Positions 1 to 8,689 of a stretch of 64,000 bases of DNA are shown here, in pieces (the first letter of the stretch is position 1; every line of letters begins with the position of its first letter). The notes beneath the pieces are model-generated. The model made no database searches. It saw only the letters and a list, made by a program, of their open reading frames with translations, and had not been told where the DNA came from. The DNA is taken from NCBI GenBank assembly GCA_963828465.1, contig CAWHEU010000018.1, forward strand, positions 288,001 through 352,000. Direction: 5' to 3'. This stretch comes from an uncultured Acidobacteriota bacterium (GTDB taxonomy: Bacteria; Actinomycetota; Acidimicrobiia; Spongiisociales; ZC4RG35). Position numbers and translations under genes: made by a program.

Positions 1-1
1 G

Positions 2-364
2 TTCTTCCAGACCTTCGTCTCCAACGTCGAGATGACTCTGGCCAAGACCGATCTCGAGATCGCCGGTCGTTATGTGTCCAGTCTCGTGGAGGAGGAGCAT
101 CGTGGGCTTCTCGACCTGATCCGGGCCGAGTGCGAACTGGCCACCGAGGAGATCCTCACCCTGCGCCGGCAACCGGACCTGCTCGGTGATCTGCCGCTCC
201 TGAAGCGAACCCTTGGGGTCCGTGACGTGTATCTCGACCCCATTAGCTACCTACAGGTGTCCCTGCTCGCCCGCAGCCGGGACGGCGGGGTGGGCGACGA
301 CCTCGACCGCGCCCTCCTCCTCACCGTGAACGGGATCGCAGCGGGAATGCGAAACACGGGGTAG
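2..364 (+). CDS. ppc: Phosphoenolpyruvate carboxylase, 3' end (truncated by window edge)
   Basis: C-terminus [13 protein letters not shown]...[16 protein letters not shown] is the PEPC signature end. Confidence 0.95.
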   Translation, partial: FFQTFVSNVEMTLAKTDLEIAGRYVSSLVEEEHRGLLDLIRAECELATEEILTLRRQPDLLGDLPLLKRTLGVRDVYLDPISYLQVSLLARSRDGGVGDDLDRALLLTVNGIAAGMRNTG

Positions 365-379
365 ATAATCTCCCTCCCC

Positions 380-1000
380 ATGCCCGTCACCATCCTCGAC
401 CACCCACTTGCCGCCGACCTCCTCGCCATCCTCCGCAGCAAAGAGACCGAACCACCGGAATTTCGACAGATCGCCGAGCGGCTGGGCTACCTCCTGGTGG
501 CGGAAGCGCTCGCAGACATGACCACGGTGGACATCGAAATCGAGACCCCGTTGGAGAAGACGAGTGGCCGGCAGCTTCGGCGGCCCGTGGTCGCCGTAGC
601 TGTCCTCCGCGCCGGCCTGGGGCTCCTCGAGTCGGTGCTGACACTTGTGCCGGATGCCGCCATCGGCTTCGCCGGCGTCCAGCGCAACGAGGAGACGGCC
701 GAGCCGATCGAGTACTACACCAAGTTCCCCCAGCTCTCCTCGGCCAGAGTGCTCATCCTCGAGCCGATGTTGGCGACAGGCGGTTCTCTCTCCTGGGCCA
801 TCGACAAGGTGAAGGAGAACGGTGCAAAAGACATCACGGCCGTGTGTGTCGTCACCGCTCCTGAAGGGCTGGCGGCCATAGAGGAAAAGCACCCCGACGT
901 CCGCATCGTGGCTGCAGCCCTCGACCGCGAGCTGAACCCCAGTTTCTACATCGCACCCGGTCTCGGGGACATGGGGGACCGACTCTTCGGGACCTTGTGA
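380..1000 (+). CDS. upp: Uracil phosphoribosyltransferase
   Basis: VLRAG, EPMLATGGS PRPP loop, IAPGLGDMGDRLFGT. Confidence 0.96.
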   Translation: MPVTILDHPLAADLLAILRSKETEPPEFRQIAERLGYLLVAEALADMTTVDIEIETPLEKTSGRQLRRPVVAVAVLRAGLGLLESVLTLVPDAAIGFAGVQRNEETAEPIEYYTKFPQLSSARVLILEPMLATGGSLSWAIDKVKENGAKDITAVCVVTAPEGLAAIEEKHPDVRIVAAALDRELNPSFYIAPGLGDMGDRLFGTL

Positions 1001-1275
1001 CAGTCTTCGAAGACGCCGTGCTCGAGGTGATCACCTCACTAGAGCGGGGCGAAGTCGTCACCTACGGCGAGGTGGCCGATCAAGCGGGGTTCCCGGGGGC
1101 GGCGCGAGCGGTCGGAACAGTCCTCCGAAATTGCGACGGGGACGTCCCGTGGTGGCGCGTGGTGGGCGCTGGCGGATTGATCCGCACCCCCGGCAAGGAG
1201 AGACAGGCAGACCTCCTCAGATCGGAGGGCATCCTCGTCACGGACGGGAAGGTCGTCGCCGTCAGGAACCGTTGA
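997..1275 (+). CDS. Alkyltransferase-like protein (MGMT family, ATL/YbaZ type)
   Basis: TYGEVA...AARAVG HTH; PWWRV in place of the catalytic PCHRV; GTGA overlap with upp. Confidence 0.9.
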   Translation: MTVFEDAVLEVITSLERGEVVTYGEVADQAGFPGAARAVGTVLRNCDGDVPWWRVVGAGGLIRTPGKERQADLLRSEGILVTDGKVVAVRNR

Positions 1276-1298
1276 GGCCGTCCGATCGTCCAAGCGGC

Positions 1299-2051
1299 AT
1301 GACACGGACCACACATCGTCGCAACATCGCACTAATTGGCGGCCTAGCCGTCCTTCTCGCCGCCTGCGGCACCGCAGCCGGGTCGACCCCACAGGAGATC
1401 ACGGTCAACACATCGGAGGAGGCAACCACGGGCATCTCTGTCTCGGGGATGGGCGAGGTGACCGGCACGCCGGACACCGTGGAGGTAGGCCTGGGTGTCT
1501 CGGTGCTCGGTGAAACGGTCGACGAAGCGGCGACAAATGCGGCCGAGAAGGCTCAGGCGCTCATCGATTCATTGACTTCGAATGGTGTCGCCGAAGAGGA
1601 CATCACTACGACCGACTATTCGATCTACCCCGAGTACGACTACTCGAGCAACGAGGAGCGGCTGATCGGGTATCGGGTGAGCAACACGGTCAAGGCCAAG
1701 ATCAGGAACCTCGACAGCACCGGCGCAGTCCTGGACGATGCGACGGTGGCCGGTGGCGACGATGTCGTTGTCAATGGGCTCTCCTTCAGCATCGAGGACA
1801 ACGACGAACTGGTCGCCGCCGCCAGGGAGGCGGCGTGGAACGACGCCATGACCAAGGCCAGCCAGCTCGCCGAGCTGTCCGGGCAGACACTGGGCGAGGC
1901 AACCACCATCACCGAGACCGTGAGCATGCCTCCGATCCCGATCCCCTACGCCGGAGAGGCGGCAGCCGACCGGGCGGTGGAGACCCCGATCGAGCCGGGG
2001 ACATCGGCAGTGACCATCACGCTCCAGGTCCAGTTCGGCCTCGCCGGCTGA
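1299..2051 (+). CDS. SIMPL/DUF541 domain lipoprotein
   Basis: Signal peptide with lipobox LAAC; ISVSGMGEVTGTPD, GYRVSNTV, AREAAWNDA..KA, IEPG motifs. Confidence 0.88.
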   Translation: MTRTTHRRNIALIGGLAVLLAACGTAAGSTPQEITVNTSEEATTGISVSGMGEVTGTPDTVEVGLGVSVLGETVDEAATNAAEKAQALIDSLTSNGVAEEDITTTDYSIYPEYDYSSNEERLIGYRVSNTVKAKIRNLDSTGAVLDDATVAGGDDVVVNGLSFSIEDNDELVAAAREAAWNDAMTKASQLAELSGQTLGEATTITETVSMPPIPIPYAGEAAADRAVETPIEPGTSAVTITLQVQFGLAG

Positions 2052-2091
2052 GCAATAGGCTCCACGGCACGGAGCAAAACTGGAGGTCAAC

Positions 2092-2721
2092 ATGGGCATC
2101 ACCGTGGCAGGCGCCGGGGAGGCGAATGCCGCCCCGGACATGGTCGAGATCGATGTCGGTGTTTCCGTGCTCGCCGACACGGTTGAGGATGCCAGTCGAA
2201 CCGCGGCAGAGAGGGCCGAGGCGGTGTCCTCGGCCCTCACCGCAGGTGGCGTTCTTGCCGAGGATCTGGCGACCACCGAGTACTCGATCCGGTCCGAATA
2301 CGACTACTCGAGCAGCAAACAGCGGCTGCTGGGGTATCGCGTCAGCAACACCGTCCGCGCCAAGGTCCGCGACGTCGCATCGACCGGCCCCCTGCTCGAT
2401 TCCATCGCCTCCGCCGGAGGCGATGAGACCAGGGTCAACGGCCTCAGCTTCGGGGTCGCCGACGAGACCTCGCTCCTGGCCACGGCGAGGGAAGCGGCAT
2501 GGAACGACGCCCGAGCCAAAGCCGAGCAGCTGGCCGCCCTATCCGGGCACACCCTGGGAAAGGCGACCGCCATCACCGAGACGATCGAGGGCCCCGTGTT
2601 GCCGATGCCGAGGATGATGGCTGCCGACATGGCGATGTCGGAGAGGACATCGACCCCGATCGAGCCGGGATCATCGACTGTGACGGTGACGCTCAGGGTG
2701 GAGTTCGGCTTCCGGGAGTGA
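2092..2721 (+). CDS. SIMPL/DUF541 domain protein without signal peptide (paralog of upstream gene)
   Basis: GGAGG RBS; ITVAGAGEANAAPD, GYRVSNTV, AREAAWNDARAKA, IEPG. Confidence 0.88.
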   Translation: MGITVAGAGEANAAPDMVEIDVGVSVLADTVEDASRTAAERAEAVSSALTAGGVLAEDLATTEYSIRSEYDYSSSKQRLLGYRVSNTVRAKVRDVASTGPLLDSIASAGGDETRVNGLSFGVADETSLLATAREAAWNDARAKAEQLAALSGHTLGKATAITETIEGPVLPMPRMMAADMAMSERTSTPIEPGSSTVTVTLRVEFGFRE

Positions 2722-2763
2722 GCAGCCCCAGGGGGAATACCCCAGGCTCTCCTATCCTTGAGA

Positions 2764-4122
2764 GTGGCAACAGGCGAGCGCAATTTGAACGACCACTCAC
2801 GCCGCATCTACGACTCGATGCTCGGGCTGCTCTCGAACGCCGAGAACCCGACACCAATGGTCAGGCTCAACCACGTCGTCCCGTTCGTGCACACCGAGGT
2901 ATTCGCCAAGCTCGAGTGGTACAACCCGTTCGGCTCGGTCAAGGACCGAATCGCGTCGAACATGATCCAGCAGGCCCGCGAGCAGGGCGAGCTCACCGAC
3001 GAGGACCTGGTCGAGCCCACGTCGGGCAACACCGGTCTCGGCCTGATCATGATGGGCAACCTCCTCGGCTATGACCTCACCACCCCGCTGTCCAGCGCCA
3101 TTCCCGTCGAGAAGCGGACAATGCTCCGCTTCTTCGGCGCCACCGTCGAGGAGCTGGAAGACGACCTGTGCCCCGCCCCATGGGCACCCGAGGGCGCCAT
3201 CGCCCGGGCGACGGAGATCGCCGAAAAGCCCGACTTCCTGATGCTCAACCAATACAGGAACCCGTCGAACCCCGACGCTCATTATCGGACCACCGGCCCG
3301 GAGATATGGCGCCAGACAGAAGAGACGATCACCCATTTCGTGGCCGGGATGGGGACCTGCGGCACCATTACCGGGACGGGCAGGTATCTCAAGGAGCAGA
3401 ACTCCGCCGTGCAGGTCATCGGGGTGCACCCTGGCGAAGGCCATGACATCCCGGGGGTGCGCAGCATCCGCCAGCTGAAGCAGACCGAGTTCTTCCTGCC
3501 TGAGGAGTACGACGGGATGATCGAGATCGACAACGAGGACGCCTACGCCCTCACGCTTCGGCTCAACCGCGAGGAAAGCATCCCCGCCGGTCCCAGCTCG
3601 GGAATGGCTCTCGCCGGTGCCTTGGCCAGCATTCCCGACGAGCCCGGGATCAGGGTGGTCGTGATGTTCCCGGACAATGCCTTCAAGTACGCCTCGTCGA
3701 TGGCCAAGCACATCCCCGGGTTGGCTCCGCCTGTGCTGCCTCGAGCCAAGAGCCGCCGGGAGGAGCTCTTCGACGCCATCATCGAGCACACCCGGCACAA
3801 CCCCCACCTCACTGTAGATGCCGAGGTGGCGCACGACCGATGGGAAGCAGAGAGGCCTTTCGTGGTCGATGTCCGCTCAGCCGAGGAGTTCGCTCAGGGG
3901 CATATCCCGGGAGCGATCAATATCCCCCTCATGGAGCTGCCGGACAACCAGGACCAGCTGCCCGCCGACCTCGACACCCCGGTGCTGACCGTATGCGCCC
4001 GGGGCAACATCTCACTGCCGGGCGTCCTCTACATCAACTCACTCGGCTATCGGGATGCCCACAGCATCACCGGAGGCACCAATGCCTGGGTCGAGCAGGG
4101 ATACGAGACGGAAACCGGCTAG
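2764..4122 (+). CDS. PLP-dependent cysteine synthase family protein fused to a C-terminal rhodanese domain
   Basis: AKLEWYNPFGSVKDR (PLP Lys), EPTSGNTG, GMGTCGT; then VDVRSAEEF..GHIPGAINIP, CARGNIS, SITGGTNAW. Start uncertain (2758/2764/2785). Confidence 0.9.
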   Translation: MATGERNLNDHSRRIYDSMLGLLSNAENPTPMVRLNHVVPFVHTEVFAKLEWYNPFGSVKDRIASNMIQQAREQGELTDEDLVEPTSGNTGLGLIMMGNLLGYDLTTPLSSAIPVEKRTMLRFFGATVEELEDDLCPAPWAPEGAIARATEIAEKPDFLMLNQYRNPSNPDAHYRTTGPEIWRQTEETITHFVAGMGTCGTITGTGRYLKEQNSAVQVIGVHPGEGHDIPGVRSIRQLKQTEFFLPEEYDGMIEIDNEDAYALTLRLNREESIPAGPSSGMALAGALASIPDEPGIRVVVMFPDNAFKYASSMAKHIPGLAPPVLPRAKSRREELFDAIIEHTRHNPHLTVDAEVAHDRWEAERPFVVDVRSAEEFAQGHIPGAINIPLMELPDNQDQLPADLDTPVLTVCARGNISLPGVLYINSLGYRDAHSITGGTNAWVEQGYETETG

Positions 4123-4166
4123 CCCTCTCCTTTGGATTTCGCGGTTTCCCCAATCAAACTGCGACG

Positions 4167-5165
4167 ATGCGCCACTTTCTCAACACCTTCGATTGGACCC
4201 GACCCGAGCTCCAATCGATGGTGGACGAGGGGCGTCGGCTCAAGGCGTCTCCCTACGGCAATGCACTAGAGGGGAAGACCATCGCCCTGCTCTTTCTGAA
4301 CAACTCCCTGCGCACTCGCACCTCGTTCGACGTTGGTGCCAACCAGCTGGGTGGTCACGCGGTCGTGCTCTCCCCGTCCGGCGGAATGTGGCCACTCGAG
4401 TTCGAAGACGGGGCGGTGATGCTCGACGATGCCGAGGAGCACGTCAAGGAAGCCGCCAAGGTCCTCTCCCGCTACTGCGACCTGATCGGGATCAGGGCCT
4501 TTCCCAAATTCGAGAACTGGGAGGAGGACCGCAAGGACACCATCCTCCAGGCCTTCGCCACCCACGCCGACGTCCCTGTCATCAACATGGAGACCATCAC
4601 CCACCCCTGTCAGGAGCTCGCCCATGTCATGGCCCTTCAAGAACGCCTGGGCTCGCTCGACGGCAAGCGCTACCTGCTGACCTGGAGCTATCACCCCAAG
4701 CCGCTGAACACGGCGGTCGCCAATTCGGCGCTCGTGATCGCGGCCAAGTTCGGCATGAACGTCACCCTGCTCTGCCCGACCGAGGATTTCCTGCTCGATG
4801 ACCGGTACATGAACATCGCTACCCGCGACGCCGGCGCCAACGGGGGCAGCGTCACAGTCACCCATGAGATCGAGACCGGATATGACGGAGCCGATGTCGT
4901 CTACGCCAAGAGCTGGGGAGCGATTCCCTTCTTCGGTCGATGGGACGAGGAGAAGGTGATCCGGGACAAGTATCAGGACTTCATCGTCGACTCCCGCAAG
5001 ATGGCGATGACGAGCGACGCCGTTGTCAGCCACTGCCTCCCGATGAGACGCAACGTCATCATGACCGACGAGGTCTTCGACAGCCCGAGTTGCATCGCCT
5101 ACGACGAGGCGGAGAACCGCCTCCACGTGCAGAAGGCGATCATGACCAACCTGCTCACGCAATGA
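4167..5165 (+). CDS. argF: N-acetylornithine carbamoyltransferase (ArgF', Xanthomonas/Bacteroidetes-type)
   Basis: SLRTRTSF, AEEHVKE, HPCQELAH, WSYHPKPL, HCLPMRRN, EAENRLHVQKA. Confidence 0.9.
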   Translation: MRHFLNTFDWTRPELQSMVDEGRRLKASPYGNALEGKTIALLFLNNSLRTRTSFDVGANQLGGHAVVLSPSGGMWPLEFEDGAVMLDDAEEHVKEAAKVLSRYCDLIGIRAFPKFENWEEDRKDTILQAFATHADVPVINMETITHPCQELAHVMALQERLGSLDGKRYLLTWSYHPKPLNTAVANSALVIAAKFGMNVTLLCPTEDFLLDDRYMNIATRDAGANGGSVTVTHEIETGYDGADVVYAKSWGAIPFFGRWDEEKVIRDKYQDFIVDSRKMAMTSDAVVSHCLPMRRNVIMTDEVFDSPSCIAYDEAENRLHVQKAIMTNLLTQ

Positions 5166-6511
5166 GCGAGGACCGGGTCACAGGGTCGTCCAATCGGGAC
5201 GTTCGCCAGACCATCGTCCATCTCCTCTCCAACATGAGCGATGGGAGGGAGATTCGCTCCTATCTCCAGCGGTTCTCCGAAGTCGACCGCTCCCGTTTCG
5301 CCGTGATCAAGATCGGCGGCGCCATCCTCGCCGAGCATCTCGAAGAGACCGCCGCTGCCCTGGCCTTTCTCCACACCGTGGGATTGACCCCGATCGTGAT
5401 CCACGGTGGTGGCACCCAACTCGACCGCGCCCTCGATGAACGAGGTATCGAAAGCCGCAGGATCGACGGGCTCAGGGTCACCGAGCCCGACGTCCTCGAC
5501 GCGGCCCGGGACACCTTCATCGAACAGAACATCCGCCTCGTCGAGGCGATAAGAGAGCAGGGGGTAGCCGCCCACGGTCTCACGGCCGGCGCCTTCGAGG
5601 CCGACTATGTCAACCGGGAGAAGTACGGGCTGGTCGGCGAGCCGACCGAGGTGCACATCGCCCTCATACGCTCCATCGTCGACTCCGGAGCAATCCCCAT
5701 CCTGACGTGTCTCGGTGTCGCCCCGGGGGGGCAGATCGTCAACATGAACGCCGATTCGGCAACGAGGGCCCTGGTTCACGCGGTGCAGCCGCTCAAGATC
5801 ATCTTCCTGGTCGATGTCGGTGGCCTCCTCGACGACAACGGGCGGCCGATCGAGTCGATCAACCTCGCCTCCGACTACGACCACCTCATGGCCCAGGATT
5901 GGGTTCACTCCGGAATGCGGCTCAAACTGGCCGAGATCAAGCGGCTGCTGGACGACACGCCGCTTTCCACCTCCGTCTCCATCACAACGCCGTCTGGCCT
6001 GGTCAAGGAGCTGTTCACGCACGGCGGGTCGGGCACTCTGGTGCGGAAGGGCGAGCTGATAGAGCGGGTGACCGACCCGGGCTCCATCGACGGGAGTCAG
6101 GTGGTCAAGCTGGTCGAGGAGGCATTCGGGAGACCACTGAAGGACGGGTGGTGGTCGGGCCTCGACCTCGACAGCGCCTACCTCTCGGAGAGCCTCCGGG
6201 CCGGTGCGATCGTCACCCGCGTCGGCGACATCTCGTATCTGGACAAGTTCGCCATCCTCGAGGATGCCCGCGGCGAAGGACTGGCCAGGACGGTGTGGGC
6301 ACAGCTAATCGCCGATCACCCCGTGCTCTACTGGCGATCCCGGACCGAGAATCGGTTCAATTCCTTCTATGGCGATGAGGCCGATGGCTCGGTGAAGCGC
6401 GCTCCCTGGACCGTGTTCTGGAAGGGCGAGACCGACTTCGATCGCATCGCGCCCCGGGTCGAGTCGATCGCGGCACTCCCCGCATCGTTCGTTGGCGACA
6501 ACGATGAGTGA
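5162..6511 (+). CDS. argB: Acetylglutamate kinase with C-terminal DUF619/NAT domain (NAGS/K type)
   Basis: FAVIKIGGA, IHGGG, NMNAD, SGMRLKL, ELFTHGGSGTL, then YLDKFA..ARGEGL..WRSR. Confidence 0.9.
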   Translation: MSEDRVTGSSNRDVRQTIVHLLSNMSDGREIRSYLQRFSEVDRSRFAVIKIGGAILAEHLEETAAALAFLHTVGLTPIVIHGGGTQLDRALDERGIESRRIDGLRVTEPDVLDAARDTFIEQNIRLVEAIREQGVAAHGLTAGAFEADYVNREKYGLVGEPTEVHIALIRSIVDSGAIPILTCLGVAPGGQIVNMNADSATRALVHAVQPLKIIFLVDVGGLLDDNGRPIESINLASDYDHLMAQDWVHSGMRLKLAEIKRLLDDTPLSTSVSITTPSGLVKELFTHGGSGTLVRKGELIERVTDPGSIDGSQVVKLVEEAFGRPLKDGWWSGLDLDSAYLSESLRAGAIVTRVGDISYLDKFAILEDARGEGLARTVWAQLIADHPVLYWRSRTENRFNSFYGDEADGSVKRAPWTVFWKGETDFDRIAPRVESIAALPASFVGDNDE

Positions 6512-7427
6512 GCGCCATACCGTCGGCGTGGTGGGCGCCCGCGGCCACACCGGCGCCGAGTTGGTCCGTTTGATCAGGGACCACCCCTCGCTCGAGCTCG
6601 TATTCGCCGGGTCCCGCGAGCTCGCGGGCATGCCGGTGCCCGGGCTGAATGACGTTGAGTATGAGTCCGTCGGCCCCGAGAATCTGGCCGGCCGCGACCT
6701 GGATGTTGTGATCCTGGCCCTTCCCGATGGCGCCGGCGACCCCTACGTCGACGTGATCGACGATGAGAGCGTGATCGTGGACATCTCCGCAGATCATCGG
6801 CTCGATGACAACTGGGCCTATGGACTGCCCGAGCTGTTCCGGGAGAAACTCAGCGGCGCCCAGCGCATCGCCAACCCCGGTTGCTACGCCACCGCCACTC
6901 AGATAGCACTCGCTCCCCTGCTGGAGGCCATCTCAGGGGCTCCGGCCGTCTTCGGAGTCTCCGGGTACTCGGGAGCGGGAACCACTCCCGGCCCACGTAA
7001 CGACCCCGACCGTCTTCGGGACAACCTGATGCCCTACAAGCTGGTGGGGCACAACCACGAACGGGAGACAGTCCACCATCTCGGGATCCCGGTCCGGTTC
7101 ATCCCCCATGTCCACCCGGCATTCCGTGGACTCCTCGTCACGGCCCATATCCCGTTGAATCGGGCAATGACCGCGGCCGAGATCGAGGCGCGTTATGAGG
7201 AGCAGTACGGCGAGGAGCCTTTGATCGAGATCCGGGACACCATCCCGGAATTGAGAGACGGGACTGACTACCCGGGCCTCATCGTCGGCGGCTTCGCAAC
7301 CAGCGAAGATGGGCAGAACGCCGTGGTGATCGCCGTCGAGGACAACCTGCTCAAAGGCGCGGCCGTGCAAGCCATTCAGAATGTCAATCTGGCAATGGGG
7401 CTGCCCGAGACGGAGGGTCTCGACTGA
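6504..7427 (+). CDS. argC: N-acetyl-gamma-glutamyl-phosphate reductase
   Basis: VVGARGHTGAEL, IANPGCYAT, GVSGYSGAG, DNLLKGAAVQA. Confidence 0.93.
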   Translation: MSERHTVGVVGARGHTGAELVRLIRDHPSLELVFAGSRELAGMPVPGLNDVEYESVGPENLAGRDLDVVILALPDGAGDPYVDVIDDESVIVDISADHRLDDNWAYGLPELFREKLSGAQRIANPGCYATATQIALAPLLEAISGAPAVFGVSGYSGAGTTPGPRNDPDRLRDNLMPYKLVGHNHERETVHHLGIPVRFIPHVHPAFRGLLVTAHIPLNRAMTAAEIEARYEEQYGEEPLIEIRDTIPELRDGTDYPGLIVGGFATSEDGQNAVVIAVEDNLLKGAAVQAIQNVNLAMGLPETEGLD

Positions 7428-7473
7428 TGGCAAACCCTTTGCAGTCGAGGCGTCCCTACAGCAAGGTGCCATC

Positions 7474-7641
7474 GTGAGCCCCGAGACCGTCTTTGCGACT
7501 AGGGACGATTTGTACGCGGTGCGGGACGAGCTGCGGTCCGAGCTCCGCCACCTATCAGATCGCATCGATCGGATGCAACTCACCCTGATCGCCGGGTTCC
7601 TATCCATGATCGTGGCTCTCTTGTTCAGCGGCGCCTTCTGA
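7474..7641 (+). CDS. Small coiled-coil protein with C-terminal TM helix (DUF1640-like)
   Basis: FATRDDL..VRDELRSELRHL heptads followed by hydrophobic LTLIAGFLSMIVALLF. Confidence 0.6.
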   Translation: MSPETVFATRDDLYAVRDELRSELRHLSDRIDRMQLTLIAGFLSMIVALLFSGAF

Positions 7642-7653
7642 TCGCCCGCCACA

Positions 7654-7682
7654 TTGACTTCGCACCCACCCGTGCATAACGT
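7654..7682 (+). promoter_or_regulatory. Sigma-70/SigA-type promoter TTGACT-N17-TAACGT
   Basis: Near-consensus hexamers at 17-nt spacing; predicted +1 coincides with GTG at 7689. Confidence 0.75.
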
Positions 7683-7688
7683 TCTGAG

Positions 7689-7772
7689 GTGTCTGATATG
7701 ACGATGTGCATGTGTCTCTGTGACAGCTCTCGGGTGGCATGCCCGAGCGCGACACATCGTCAGCGCTCCTAA
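7689..7772 (+). CDS. Leaderless Met/Cys-rich leader peptide MSDMTMCMCLCDSSRVACPSATHRQRS
   Basis: GTG TCT GAT ATG ACG ATG TGC ATG TGT CTC TGT ... TAA; 4 Cys and 4 Met (counting the initiator) in 27 aa, directly upstream of a sulfurtransferase. Confidence 0.72.
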   Translation: MSDMTMCMCLCDSSRVACPSATHRQRS

Positions 7773-7813
7773 CGACGCCACCACCCGAGAGCAAACCCCT
7801 CACGGCGTCGTTT
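7699..7813 (+). promoter_or_regulatory. Attenuator-like leader RNA with alternative helices
   Basis: Perfect complements 7699-7708/7753-7762 (10 bp), 7726-7737/7781-7792 (12 bp), 7771-7779/7804-7812 (9 bp). Confidence 0.7.
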
Positions 7814-7847
7814 CCATACACCGCACCCATCAGGAGCCAAAGAGCAC

Positions 7848-8684
7848 ATGACTTACGCAAATCCCGACGCCCTCGTCACCACCGATTGGCTCAAAGCCAA
7901 TCTCAGTGACCCGAACATCCGGGTCATAGAGGTGGACGAGGACGCAACCGTCTACGACAAAGACCACATCCCGGGCGCCATCGCCTGGAGCTGGTCCGAC
8001 GACCTCCACCACCCAACACGGCGTGACTACCTGGACCAGGAGGGTTTCAGCAAGCTGTTGTCCGCGGCCGGGGTCGGTCCCGACACAACGGTGATCCTCT
8101 ACGGCGGCAACAACAACTGGTTTGCCGCGTATGCCTACTGGCTGCTCAAGTACCGCGGCTTCGAAAACGTGAAGCTGCTCGACGGGGGTCGCAAGAAGTG
8201 GCAGATCGACTCCTTGCCCCTCGAGTCGGAGTCCCCTGAGATCTCACCCACCGAGTTCTCGATCACCGGGCCGGAGCGACCCGAGGTCCGTTCGTTCCGG
8301 GATCACGTGCTCGAGGTGCAGGGGCAAGCCACACTGGTCGATGTCCGCTCTCCTGAGGAGTTCAGCGGGGAGAAGATCGCTCCGGACCACCTCCCACAGG
8401 AACAGCCATACGTGGCGGGTCACGTGCCAGGGGCGAAGAACATCCCCTGGGGCAAGGCGGCCAATGAGGACGGCACTTTCAGGTCGGCGGACGAGCTGAA
8501 AGAGCTCTATGAGGGCGCCGGAGTCACCGGCGGCGAGATCATCGCCTATTGCCGCATCGGCGAGCGGTCCTCACACACCTGGTTCGTCCTGACCGAGCTC
8601 CTCGGCCACGAGGACGTCAAGAACTACGACGGCTCGTGGACGGAGTACGGGTCGTTGGTCAATGTCCCGGTCGAGCGGGGCTGA
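7848..8684 (+). CDS. Thiosulfate sulfurtransferase (tandem rhodanese, CysA/SseA type)
   Basis: LVTTDWL, HIPGAI, LLDGGRKKW, YCRIGERSSHTWF active site, YDGSWTEYG. Confidence 0.95.
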   Translation: MTYANPDALVTTDWLKANLSDPNIRVIEVDEDATVYDKDHIPGAIAWSWSDDLHHPTRRDYLDQEGFSKLLSAAGVGPDTTVILYGGNNNWFAAYAYWLLKYRGFENVKLLDGGRKKWQIDSLPLESESPEISPTEFSITGPERPEVRSFRDHVLEVQGQATLVDVRSPEEFSGEKIAPDHLPQEQPYVAGHVPGAKNIPWGKAANEDGTFRSADELKELYEGAGVTGGEIIAYCRIGERSSHTWFVLTELLGHEDVKNYDGSWTEYGSLVNVPVERG

Positions 8685-8689
8685 CTCGA

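Noticed and set aside
2722-2750. Small hairpin GGGG-GAATA-CCCC between the SIMPL and cysteine synthase genes
   Set aside because: Short stem, no U-tract and no recognizable riboswitch core
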